DNA of 63,384 nt, filler included, from Asterionella formosa (taxonomy: Eukaryota): assembly GCA_002256025.1 (NCBI GenBank). It is 15 parts of 15 records of this genome, joined end to end, with 100 filler letters (N's around TTAATTAATTAA, not from the genome) between each part and the next. Parts side by side here need not be neighbours in the genome. Positions count along the whole stretch, not along the records: positions 21,190 to 25,324 come from NKIB01013686.1; positions 25,425 to 29,558 come from NKIB01013687.1; positions 29,659 to 33,792 come from NKIB01013688.1; positions 33,893 to 38,025 come from NKIB01013689.1; 11 more parts are not named here. One strand, 5' to 3'. Below the pieces are notes generated by a model. That model saw only the letters and a list, made by a program, of their open reading frames with translations, was not told the DNA's origin and made no database searches. Numbering within the stretch: position 1 is the stretch's first letter; each line of letters begins with the position of its first letter. This document shows, piece after piece, positions 24,835-36,915 of this stretch. The position numbers and the translations under genes are program-made.

Positions 24835-25025
24835 TTAATTGGCAATGCCACTGGCAGTGCTATTATCGGTGACAATACGGGTAGAAGGTTGGGGATGACC
24901 AAGCTCAACAAGAATGTTGCGAATAGCATATGCCTCTTTGCCATGATTGTGGAACAAAGCAGCTAATTCGTCCTCAGCAGCACTTGATAAAACCTCCTTA
25001 AGAATTTGACAGTGTACAAATTGTT
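24835..25025 (-). mobile_element. Copia RNase H fragment
   Basis: ILKEVLSSAAEDELAALFHN.KEAYAIRNILVELGHPQPSTRIVTDNSTASGIAN. Confidence 0.92.
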
Positions 25026-25424
25026 TGATTGCAATCTGCCCTGAATTGATTGAGAAAAACAGAACGAAATGGATCTCGAGAAATATCGCGACATGATTCG
25101 TGAGGATGCAAGCAACAACCAACCCTAATGAGGACAAAATAGGTACGGAACAAAACATTTAATATTAAATTTGAAATGCTAAACTAAATATCTATTCGAA
25201 TTAGTGTGTGTTATCGACTGCAAATCTTCGGAGTGCTATTGGGCATGAATTGATGGAGAAAATCGAAGCGATGTGGTTGTTGGCAAGTGGGTGCATGAAG
25301 CATATCAACAATCATCCTTACCATNNNNNNNNNNNNNNNNNNNNNNNNNNNNNNNNNNNNNNNNNNNNTTAATTAATTAANNNNNNNNNNNNNNNNNNNN
25401 NNNNNNNNNNNNNNNNNNNNNNNN

Positions 25425-28400
25425 CTTGATGAGCTTCCTGAACCAGCAACAGGAGGGGGACTGTGGGACCTTACAACATGTCGTCGTGTTTGGACACTTT
25501 GTCGATGATCATGCTCTGACTGAAGCACAGTACTGGTGCGATGAATTCGTTCCTCCTCTTCCAAACGGCTGCTAAATCTGGCGCTTCTACTATGAGCCTG
25601 CTGCTTGATATCATCCAGTGACGAAATGGATGGCTTGGACCTTGCTCTACCTTCAATGACAGCATAGAGATCAACGAACGACTCCTCGTCAGAATCCAAG
25701 TCTTGGATATCCTCATAAGCAGTAGCAAGCTTGATGATGCATTCCATCGACCTTTGATCGTCGTCGTCCAGTCTCATACATTCGATTTGCTTTGAAATTG
25801 CCATGTTTGTTTGATGCATTATTAATAATTGATTCAATTATTTTTGGACAAAAAATTATGTGCAGAGATGGGGCATATCGTAACGACACGGAGGAACAAA
25901 ATTAAATCACAGTGATTTAGGCCGTAAATTTTTCTTCTGCCATCAACGTTGGCTGGGTTGCAGCATTCTTGTGACTTCGGAGAAAATATCGGAACAATAG
26001 CTATGTTCTTTGATATACCAGCATACCTTGATCATCAGTCCTGAGCCCTGAGCAAATGGCCTGATGGTGATGGAATGCAACTTGCTGGTTGAACTGCAGA
26101 ACTGACGGTGCGTTGGTTCTTTGGTGTCAGATGACCCCGAGGGATACCCATTTACGACCATCTACCAATTACAAATTGTTATTATTTTAATGAACAACCG
26201 GGCATTCTTTGCTCACATCGACTACCTGGTAACTAGAAGTAAAATCTTTATATTTGTGAACCGGGTGCCTGGTACAAGGGTTCCTGCACAGCAAGACAGG
26301 GTCACCAGGAGAAGAACATTCCTTCATCCATAGAGACATCAGAATCGAAGCATCCTAAACATTCGACGACAAAGTAAACGTTGTTTAGGATGTCGATGAC
26401 GATTTCTATCATCCCTGACATTTCGGGCAAGGAAAATAAATGTTTACCAGCAGTAAACCGGGACTACCCGTACCCTGGTACTCCTGATATCGGGTACCTG
26501 TTGCCTGGTATTGTATAGTAATTCCCCTGCTGGCTTAAATATAGTTATCGTGATACTTAACAACATTTCTCCGTGGGCATTTTGACTCCCACGACATTTT
26601 CCGATTCAAATTACATGCAACCTTCGGCGTAGTCAAACGTTGTTGCTTTTTGGGGTGTTTAAGCCTGTTTTTCCAAATAAATAAAAATGCTTTTTCGAGT
26701 TTCACCGAATTTTCATTAGGGTCTATCAACAAATGCCCATAGTCCTTTATATAACCACTCCTTTCTAAATTTGGCCACTAAGATGTCACTCAAGAATAAT
26801 ATAGCTGGAGAAAACCACAAGCAATGATATGATATCAAGCAGCTGATTGACAAGGGTGGTAGTGCTTTTGGCAGCATTGGTGAACTAGCTAATGAACAAC
26901 AGGTAAAATGATGAAAACCAATAGGCATTAATGATTTGATACTAGCTAGCAGCATATGTTTAGCAGCACTTTGATGATCTGAAAGATCTGTAGGCCATTT
27001 GCTAGGCAGCAATTCGCATGCAATGGCAGTTTCAAAACATGATCCCCAAACAATCCATCTGACAATTGCAATTCCCCATGACACCTCCATCACTACACCT
27101 GTACATTGAAATACCTGGTTGTTCGTTCCCCTGTCCTTGATGCTCATCTGGTTGTAGTTTTTCTTGAAATCTCCACCATTTGGTTCCTTGTCTGATTGCT
27201 GATGTTCGCCCAGCAGGTTCCTTCCCCTGTCCTGCTGCCCTTGATGCTCCATTGTGTGAAATGTTTCTCGATATCTCCGCAATTTGGTTCCTTGCCTGAT
27301 TGCTGATGTCCGCCCTGCAGGAGCGATGTTTCTTGGACTTTCAAGAATATGCCAGTTTTCTTGTAAGTCAAGCCATTCCTCGTACTGTTGTTACAGTTGC
27401 TTCCGCAAGATGGACAAGGTATGGAATTGGAATGCTGGAGTGAGATTCTGGTTGACAAATATGTGCTTCAATATCTGGTCTGCTGGTTGTCACATGGGGG
27501 AATAGGGGGTGCCTTGGTTTGTTTGCCACTTGAGGGAACACAGACAATTGCTTCCCTCCCTCACCTCCAAGCTGCTACTAGCTGGTACATAATCCCAACA
27601 ATCAACTAGTCTGATCTTGTGAGACATCAAACAATACAATACAATACAATACAATACAAACAAGATGACAGTTGACAAGGATGACAATGACGACAATGAC
27701 AAAGACGATGATTCAGGTGATGTGTGATGATTCAATTTTTATGGTGCGTGATCTAGCAATGTTCCCTGTGCATATGCACAACTGGCTTAACCGTGTTCTT
27801 GTGATCACAGCAGGGCGAGCAACGCCTGTGAAGGTTTTTACGAACAGACATGTGAGTGGTGGTGAATCTCCGAAATTATGAAATCGACGAAATTTGCGAT
27901 TTTCACCTTCTTCATTTCTTGTCAAATCTTGGAAGCATCCAGATTATCCAGATTTAAGCTTTCTCATAAAGCCTAAGACTGAAATGGTGTACCATTGCAG
28001 CCATGATTCGTCAATACATCGAAGTTGAAAATCGAAATGCAGTGATCAACCCCTCATTTCGCTTTTGTTGATTGGGATCATGAAAATAATATTTGTTTAG
28101 ATATTAAGAAAACACACGACTTATTGGAATGATTGCTACTACTTATGAGGATATCCAAGACTTGGATTCTGACGAGGAGTCGTTCGTTAATCTCTATGCT
28201 GTCATTGAAGGAAGAGCAAGGTCCAAGCCATCCATTTCGTCACTGGATGATATCAAGCAGCAGACTCATAGTAAAAGCGCCAGATTTAGCAGCCGTTTGG
28301 AAGAGGACAAACGAATTCATCGCACCAGAACTGTGCTTCATTCAGAGCATGATCATCGACAAAGTGATCGAACACGACGACATGTTGTAAGGTCCCACAG

Positions 28401-28436
28401 TCCCCCTCCTGTTGCTGGATCAGGAAGCTCATCAAA
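25425..28436. repeat. Inverted duplication of a ~305-bp coding-like segment (25425-25729 minus, 28133-28436 plus)
   Basis: Both copies translate as AT.YEDIQDLDSDEESFV.LYAVIEGRARSKPSISSLDDIKQQ...RSHSPPPVAGSGSSS. Confidence 0.92.
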
Positions 28437-29092
28437 GCAGCATCAGCCCAGTCGAGACACTCCCCTTGAACAGAGGTATCGCTTTCATCAAGAGAACATG
28501 AAAATGAAGCGAGCGCCATTGTCGTCAGTGGATCGAGTGCCTAGTGGAGCGGCTTACCTTAAAAGCATCGATTGCTTACGATCTCAATGTTGTGTCATTC
28601 CGATTCCGGGAACCACTAGGAGATATCACGAATTTGTACTATCCGTCATCCTATTGATTGCGACAGCGATGAAAGGCGTTTCCTGCAATCTTTTGTACGA
28701 ACAGAAATAATTATTACCAGCAAGCACTGCCTACGATGTTAGCAAAAGTAGAACGCAACTTTGAGGTTTGCCCGAAAACTAAATTGTATCTTAATAGACA
28801 ATTACAAATCATGCATTCATTGATGTTGCAGAACCTTGGTAGAGTGACAACAACACTGTGAAAGAGGCGTACAAATTGTGTTCGACAAAAGCACCATAAG
28901 TTGATACTCGTCGTCAGCCATTGTTGGAGAAACACACACCAGCCATGTACATCACTATAGCGACAAGCAGAAGTGTAAATTGGTCGAATACTGACACATA
29001 TACTAGTATTGAGTCCACTACCTGAAGAAACCATGCATAGAGCTCTCACAATTATTTAAAGCTAGAGCGAGGAATATCCATCATTCGGACTA

Positions 29093-29126
29093 TTACGTTA
29101 CGTTACGTTACGTTACGTTACGTTAC
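29093..29126 (+). repeat. (TTACG)n microsatellite; a (CAATA)n tract also occurs at ~27632-27657
   Basis: About six perfect pentamer units. Confidence 0.95.
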
Positions 29127-29987
29127 TAGTTCAATTGATTTCCCCGAATACCACTACTCAATGATGAATTAACTGAACAACATGTCCATGTACTTCTTTC
29201 TGCTACTATCTGTCATTTCTTGTTCATCCTCGCGCTGGAGACCAGATGCTGACAGCTCACAAGGAGATGAGGACGACAATTTGCGTGTCGCTGACAAAGC
29301 AGAAGCATTATCATATGACACGCGACGCGACAGCATGGTTGTTGGCTTCAAGGCGGTGATACTTTGCCACGAAAGTTTTCGCGTTTGCTTTTTTGCTTGC
29401 AAAGATGACGTTTTTGTATCCGAATTGCTCTTTCCAGTAGCGTTGGAACACATAATTTTGTCGTTGGTGTGATCCCATGGATCTGGTTCCACACTGTTCA
29501 GTGAACTGTTAGACCTTGGTTGATGCAAAGCACTTTGCTTTTGTCCGATGATGTGATTNNNNNNNNNNNNNNNNNNNNNNNNNNNNNNNNNNNNNNNNNN
29601 NNTTAATTAATTAANNNNNNNNNNNNNNNNNNNNNNNNNNNNNNNNNNNNNNNNNNNNTGGAAAGATAGCCCACCCAAATCACACAGCAGTGTATCAGCA
29701 ACTTCTGATAGTCTAGTCCACAATTCCTCTCTTGAGCTATTCATTCGACTTTCAGCACAAACTGCTGCTGAAGAAAATAGATTGCTCAACACTGATGGGT
29801 GTGTAGACAGTGGCATCAACAGGTATTGTGCAAAGGTAATTTCTTTGTTACAACATATTGATCAAAATATTCAATTTACCAGGTGTTTACCATTGAGTCT
29901 TTGTTTAACAATTAATAGCATTCAAAGTGTAGTTCAGAGTGCATTGACTAGCTATGATATGATTTACTAAAAATAAGTATATCTATT

Positions 29988-30274
29988 CATTTGGGACAGG
30001 TACGTGAATTGTGCCCATTTACCCCACAATTACCACATCATCCGAAGATAATTCGTCTACTGTCACTGCCTTTGTACAACTTCAAAAACACGTTCATATC
30101 CTTATAATACTTGGTAACAGCTTCAATGCATTTTTCCCGAGAATCAAATGTGACTTGATCCATTAGATTGATGTCGGATAAATTTTCATCTCCCTCCTCT
30201 GTATTGTCCCCAATAGGTTCTGACAGCTTTGGTTGAGGAGGCATCAGAGTCAATTCGAACGCAATGATGTGCAT
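29988..30274 (-). mobile_element. Internally deleted Mutator/MULE-like transposase remnant
   Basis: MuDR-type N-terminal block VTFDSREKCIEAVTKYY followed directly, after one TGA, by the knuckle CGNCGVNGHNSRTCPK*; repeated gggggacgaaatatc upstream at 30389-30425. Confidence 0.55.
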
Positions 30275-30701
30275 GCGTTAGCACGGCAGTGTCGTGGAGG
30301 AGTCAACTAAGATTCGTGTGGCAAAAAAGTATTGGTGGTTTATACGAATATTATGTAGGCTAGTAGGGTTTAAGGGTTTATCAAAAAGAGGGGGACGAAA
30401 TATCGATATAGGGGGACGAAATATCTTTTTCCTAATTATATATATATATTGGTGCCTGGTACAACGTACAGGTTATATAGCTACAGTTACATATCATGAT
30501 GCATGATGCATGATTGTGCTACCGGTACCTGGTACGTAACAACAATACGATTGCTGGACTACATACAGGTATGAATACAATTCGATTACGGTAGGGGAGT
30601 GATGAAAGGGCTTTTATATACCTGTTAAATAATTATTCATTACAAGACCTCGCTGTTTTCTTTCCATTGACTAACGGTATTTTTTTTCTTTCTCCTTATG
30701 C

Positions 30702-31350
30702 TCTGCGTTATGTCTAAAAGTCTTTGGGAAGTCAGACGAAAACTGGGTGCATCTGTTCCTCTGGATCGATGAAGAGTTCCCCGAGTTTTGTCCAGTGTCA
30801 CTCCTACTGTCTTACATACACTGTGCTAAGATCAGGGGAGGTTTTCTTTTTTCTACAGAGGACGAATTAAAATGTCCACCGACTAATGGCATTTTTGTCA
30901 CACAGATGTCCTACAAAGTGGGAACAAACCGGTTAACTAAACTTGTTAGGGAGGTGCTTGGTTTGGAGAATCTGAAGGTTGGTATGCACATGTTCTGTAG
31001 GACTGGGTACCTGTTTGGTCGGTGGGTTGATGGAGCAGTGGAAGCCTTGATGAAATCTGCTCGACACCAGTCACTCAAGACTGCCCAGCTAGCAATTGCC
31101 CACATACACAACAATCATTTAAACAAAGTGCGTACATTCAAGTCTATATTTGTCGTCAAGGTGACTACAGCTACACTAGTATTAAACCTACCATCGGTGG
31201 TTTTTCAGTGCGAAATTTCGGAGCTTTGTACAAGGTATGTACATGATCGACTGAATGTCCCAAGGACACACACACCCAAGCTCCTTCAGTCCTGCGCACA
31301 TATGTACCCTTGCTATGAGCTACGTACGGCCGCAGAATGCCAATGAACAG
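30702..31350 (+). mobile_element. Crypton (CryptonS-like) tyrosine recombinase fragment, degenerate
   Basis: ALCLKVFGKSD...LW.D...PEFCPV.LLL.Y...GGFLF; H-x-x-R box reads GMHMFCRTGYLF; MKSARHQSLKTAQL, with the expected catalytic Tyr absent. Confidence 0.7.
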
Positions 31351-33892
31351 CTCGAGTTATTTATACCAAGTCTGGACTTGAGTCCAAAGTCTGACGCCAC
31401 CAAGTCAGACTTGATGACAAATAACCACGGTTATTATAGTAAAGCAGTATTAATAACCTGGTTATTATATACCAAGTCAGAAACACTTTTCACTATTATT
31501 CAGTGATGGGCATCAGTATAAAACAGATTGTCGCTCACCATCATTATAGTCTTACCGGTGGTACTACAGTACAGGCACCGGTATGGTAAATCCAATATTG
31601 TAGTAATCCTATCTTCCATTAAAATCGCAAAACAATCATCCCAATCCATTCCTCCTGCTCCGAAGTCGTCATCATCGTGATCGTGCTCATGCTCATGCTC
31701 ATGCTCGAGGCATAAATTCACGCCTTGTATCATTTGTCATTGTGGATTCTTTTTAGCAGGAGTGCGATGAGCCTTGGCTTTGCAGAACTTTTTCAAAAGC
31801 AACTGCTGTGAGAGCCACACCTCCTCGTCGTTGCGTTGTTGCTACGCAACCACGTCGTCTTCATGTTATCCTTTGTTGTATCTTTTTGAATGCACATTCA
31901 AATAAAAATGCAAGAAACGTCGGCCTTTTTTGCACTTTGCTACAGATGCTCCACAAGATTGCAAACATGAACCTTTCCGTTGCAGACGATGACACAAAGG
32001 TTTTCAGGCCTGTCAATCGATGAAAATTGGTTGATAATTATGACATACAAAGCGGTTTTGTGACTGCTCATCATCGCATGGCGGCTGCTCTGAATCCTAG
32101 AAGGACAGAGGAGGACATGATATCCTTTCATCATGATGCATGCAAAATGGTACTATTTTGAATCTCTGGCCCAAATTAAACCTGAAACCGGGTTCAACAT
32201 TGTATTGACACACTGCACAGCTGAATTTTCTTCAATTGAATCTGCCGTGGGGCTTGCCAAACTATAGGAGCATGAAAAAAATGATGGACAAGGAATGCTG
32301 AACAGCATTGTTCCAACATTTGTAGTACTGCCATGGGGGCTCATCCTGATGTGCAATGTGCAGAGATTCCTTACATTGCACAAGCATCTGTTCCCAATCA
32401 GATCGCTATGAAAGAGGGCTATTCTTGAATGCATCTTTTGATTGAGTTTTACCATGCAGCTTTCCGGCAACATGGACTTCAGATGCTCCATCATTTTCTA
32501 CCACTGCAAACTTTGCTAACAAAGATAATGCTTTGTGAATATTGAATTTTACTGTTACCTTCAGAGGTAAAGGAATCAATTTCCGGAGGGTTAATGAAGT
32601 GTCTGGAGATGTCAGCTGCTCTCTCTGGTGGAATCTAGGCATATGAAGTTTTTCATTGGATAGGTTCAATCAATTGACCACTGGTGGAGGGTGAGACAAG
32701 CCTGTACTTGTTGATATAATGTCTGCCGGAAAATTGCTGGGCATTGCATCAGCTGCAACACCAAACAGTACAAAAAATCATTGCTGCATCCATTGTCATT
32801 GACAATTCCTGCAAAGAAATCCAGGATTGCTTCTCTTCTCATGCATACTTGCTATTACAAAATCTTTCTTAGAGCAGTTGATTTGTTAATTTTCTCTCCC
32901 GAAATTACAAGGAGCAGAAAAACTATTTTTCGAGAGAAAAAGCACATCATCAAAGTTAGCATCAAATCATAAAGAAATCAAAAATAATGTAGATGACTGT
33001 AGAATGACTTGGCATGCAATGACTGTTAACAATAATGCAAATTTGATGCTGAAGGATTTTTGAGTATTGAGACTACCAAAATGATTTAGTGAATGACTTT
33101 AAGCGAAAATGCTATTTAAAAGAAGAAATGGCACAGTATGCATTTTTCAAAGCTCCTGAGTGGGATTCGGATTTCTTTCTATATTCTATTGGGTGTATAA
33201 TAAAATATATCTTCTTTTTAATTCATCTTAATTATATTTATCCAATTCGACGTCTTTTACTTTTGACAAGACAAATAGAACATATTGTTCCTTGCTCACC
33301 TGCAACTTGATAGCCTGATATATGTTTTTTGTAAGAGATGATACATTGATGCAATTGAATGATGATGTCACCACACACATCACACATACCGGTTGTCATC
33401 AATGTAGAATTGTATGCATCACCAACTTTCGCAACTTTGGCTACTTCAATTGCTTCAGTAATGGTTCCAACTGTGGTTTGTGGAATATGATCCTTGTATG
33501 CAGGTTTAGCTGTCAATTCAAATTCAACTGTAGGTTTGATGACACTTTTTGCCTTCACTGCAGGCATCTCAGTAGCTGATGGTGAAGATGTCAAACCTTG
33601 ATTAGAAATTTGCAATGCTAGATAGTCGAAATTTGTTGTCAGATGCTGCTCAATGTTTGTTATGGTAATCATTTTCGAATTCAAACTGGTTAAGGAATCA
33701 TCTACAACTTGCAGAATGATTGTTGATGTTTTGTTTGTCTTCAAAATGAGGGCTTCAATGCGCTTAACAACTAGCTTGATTCTTGAAAATCTNNNNNNNN
33801 NNNNNNNNNNNNNNNNNNNNNNNNNNNNNNNNNNNNTTAATTAATTAANNNNNNNNNNNNNNNNNNNNNNNNNNNNNNNNNNNNNNNNNNNN

Positions 33893-33990
33893 AATGTCAA
33901 TGCTAATGTCAATGCTAATGTCAATGATAATGTCAATGATAATGTCAATGATAATGTCAATGGTAATGTCAATGGTAATGTCAATGGTAA
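33893..33990. repeat. 12-bp tandem repeat (aatgtcaatgNt)n running to the contig edge
   Basis: About eight units in blocks with N = c, a, g. Confidence 0.92.
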
Positions 33991-34059
33991 TTTTAAATGG
34001 TAATGTAAATGGTGATGTGACTGGAAATATAACTGGTGATGTGACTGCCGGTTGAAATG

Positions 34060-34842
34060 TTAGCCATTGTGGTACTGGGGGCATGTTGAAGGCTTGAATG
34101 ATGAAAAGAGACAAATTTGACTCTCAATCCATGTAGTATAATGGCTTACTCGAGTGAATTTAATGGGTTTACCTTCTCGACCCCATCCGTCTGTAGAGGT
34201 CACAAAACCCACTTGAATATCAACCGCACTGCTGTCGCCAGCAATAAAGAGAGGTTCACCAGCTATCCCAAGACATGAATTTTTACTGGGACCATAGGAA
34301 CAGATCGTTTCTTCATCGCTAATGTTATAATGTTTCTTGCAAATGCTGTACGCCATGGCACGCTGTCTTACTTCTATCCGTTCAGATATGTTTTTATTAA
34401 ATCCATAAACAATCATTGCAGAATTATCAGCAGGCCAAGAACTGTTGTCATTTAAAATAACAATTGCAGGCAAAGCATTGTCTCTACTTGAACGAACCGA
34501 AGGAGAATTCTGGATCGTGACCAAAAGAACTGTTCCTTTCAGACTGACATTAGTAGTGGTATAGTTTCGATTCACTATAGATTTCGTTGTACCCACAGTT
34601 TGAGTATAAAAAATCTGGACGTAGCTTTTCATAAGATTATGATTCGATTTGTTGTAGCAATTAGTATAACTTAAGAACGTATCTGGCGTAATCAATGAAC
34701 CACTACAATTGTTAAACTCATTTTCTCCTTTTCGTATCATTGTTTTTTTAAAAAAAACAAATCCGTTAAGAAATTTCTTGCCTGTGGCAGTTGAGTTGAT
34801 TTTGGCAGCTCGCAACCATAGAAAGGTCAACAAGACGAGCAT
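34060..34842 (-). CDS. Trypsin-fold (S1) serine protease homologue lacking the catalytic triad
   Basis: CSGSLITPDTFLSYTNC (TAAHC position), ETICS, SCLGIAGEPLFI (GDSGGP position), QVGFVT, FTRVSHYTTWIESQIC. Confidence 0.8.
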   Translation of the reverse strand: MLVLLTFLWLRAAKINSTATGKKFLNGFVFFKKTMIRKGENEFNNCSGSLITPDTFLSYTNCYNKSNHNLMKSYVQIFYTQTVGTTKSIVNRNYTTTNVSLKGTVLLVTIQNSPSVRSSRDNALPAIVILNDNSSWPADNSAMIVYGFNKNISERIEVRQRAMAYSICKKHYNISDEETICSYGPSKNSCLGIAGEPLFIAGDSSAVDIQVGFVTSTDGWGREGKPIKFTRVSHYTTWIESQICLFSSFKPSTCPQYHNG

Positions 34843-35169
34843 AAACTAATTGGGAGGAACAATGCGAAATGGTTGGACTTAAAAAACTTTATGAAAAAAC
34901 AATCATCATTGAATTTGACGATGATGTGAAAATCGAATCTCTCTACTCTTCCTAATTTTCTCCTGGTGATGCTCTTCGCAGCATATCAGCTTGCTTATGA
35001 TTCGCTTAAGCTCGTCCCTTAGTACTTACATTCTTCATGCTGATAAATTTTCTTTTTTTGTAAACAAATAAAAATTGCAACTGATCCGAAATTTTCAGAG
35101 ATCTATGATTTTACCTTTTCTGTATCTTTTATGGCTTTTATAGTCTTGAATAACAACTGCTACTAGATT

Positions 35170-35875
35170 GCTCTTCTAACTGTTAATCGGTCATTTGCTT
35201 CATATGTAGAGTACCTGTACACACTGTACCGATCTGAAGTAAATGAATCATGTTTGCATCTCCAAAATCAGCCCAGTCCTTATCTTTTGAGTCTAGTCAT
35301 GAACATGAATCAATCTTTAGTTAGAAATGAGTTGACAGGTGTCGATAGACCAGATGTAGTCTGAGAAAAGTCTTAACAGAAATAGACAGTATTTATATAG
35401 CAGAATAATAAGCAAAAGTTAGGGATCTCCTAGTCTTCATGAAGAATCAAAGTCATGAGGATAGTACATATATTAAGTCATGAAGAATCAAGCCCTCTTC
35501 TATACCGTTAATTGGACATTTGCTTCATATGTAGAATGCTGGTACACACTGTACCGATTTGAAGTAAATAAATCTTGCTTGCATCTCCAAAATCAGCCCA
35601 GTCATTATCTTTTGAGTCTAGTCATGAACATGACTCATTCTTTAGTAAGATACGAGTAAAATACCGGTAAGTCGAAACAGAGATAGACAGTATATATATA
35701 GCAGAAAAATATGCAAATGTCAAGATACCCCTAGTCTTCATGAAGAATCAAGTCATGAGAATAGTACATAAATCAAGTCATAAAGAATCAATTCCTCTTC
35801 TAACCGATAATTGGACATTTGCTTCAGATGTAGAATGCTAGTACACATTGTACCGATTTGAAGTTAATAAATCAA
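35170..35875 (+). repeat. Diverged tandem repeat, unit ~300-325 bp, about 2.3 copies
   Basis: ctcttcta...catttgcttca.atgtaga...tacaca.tgtaccgat.tgaagt starts at ~35171, ~35495 and ~35795. Confidence 0.88.
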
Positions 35876-36539
35876 TCTATTTGAAATATTTGAATCAGTG
35901 GAAATTTGCGAATACGTACATAGATTCCTTGTCAAAATCGCTAAATATATATATAGACACTCTCAGTCGCTGAATGTATATATTTGCTAAAAATACGATC
36001 AACATGTATGCATGTACACTCTATACTCCGATTAACGATTTTATATGCTATGCATTGAATCCGTTCGACATATTCAAATCGTTTAATATATGCATATATA
36101 TATATATATATATTTAGGTTCTACATCGCTTCATGTGCATACACCAGTACTACAATCTATACTCCTATCGACGAATATGGGTCCTGTATACGACCCGGCG
36201 GCTCGGCAAATATTTGAAAGTGCAGTCAAGGAGCGGTACGCGTATGTCCAATGATGATCAATTACTGGTACCTGGTACCAGGTACCCTGGTACCCGTCGA
36301 GAATATAGAACCGGACTGTCAGTACACCCAAGAAAATATTACATGTTTATATAATGTGGCCGGCGTGGGTTTGCAAGACCTCGCAAACCAGGCCAATCAA
36401 ACAGAGGAATGCAATTCACGTTCACCAATCATATTATATTTGTGGAAGCGGGCACTTACAATGGAATTTGTTGGACAGGAGATTTTAGGACTAAAAATTC
36501 CGGCACACGACTACCATTCCGATGATGACGTTTCGGCAC

Positions 36540-36915
36540 TTAATAATTCTGATTCCGATATTTTGGCGACCGTAGAAAAGGCCGATTTTGTCGAGTTTTT
36601 GTACGACGATAGCTAAACGTTGGCTGGGTCTGACGGCGATTTAGATACATCGGTAACTTTCAAATAGCATCAGTACCGGTATATAACTTCTGGCGAGAAA
36701 CTGCAGAAAGGAACTTCGGTTTTTTACTATGCCAATTAAACAGATTTCCCCCGAATTTTCGAGTCTTTTTAGCATAGTTAAAAAACCGAAATTCCTTTCT
36801 GCAGTTTCTGACCAGATCCTATATACTGACGATATATAGAGTGGACCTACACCCCTACTTTGTCCGAAGACTGTATGTAAGCATACGGAAATGGTGTGTA
36901 TTGGTGAAAGCTCCG
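36540..36915 (+). repeat. Dispersed repeat family with an internal hairpin; inverted relative at ~49137-49495
   Basis: Shared blocks in the same order: aattc.gattcc.atattttggcgac.gt.gaaaa.gccgatt, agaaactgcag...ctgcagtttct, ctgtat.taagcat, gtattggtgaaagct. Confidence 0.8.

Noticed and set aside
32150..33792. Coding-like minus-strand stretches (possible retroelement ORF1 or gag)
   Set aside because: Interrupted by stops, and I could not identify a diagnostic motif
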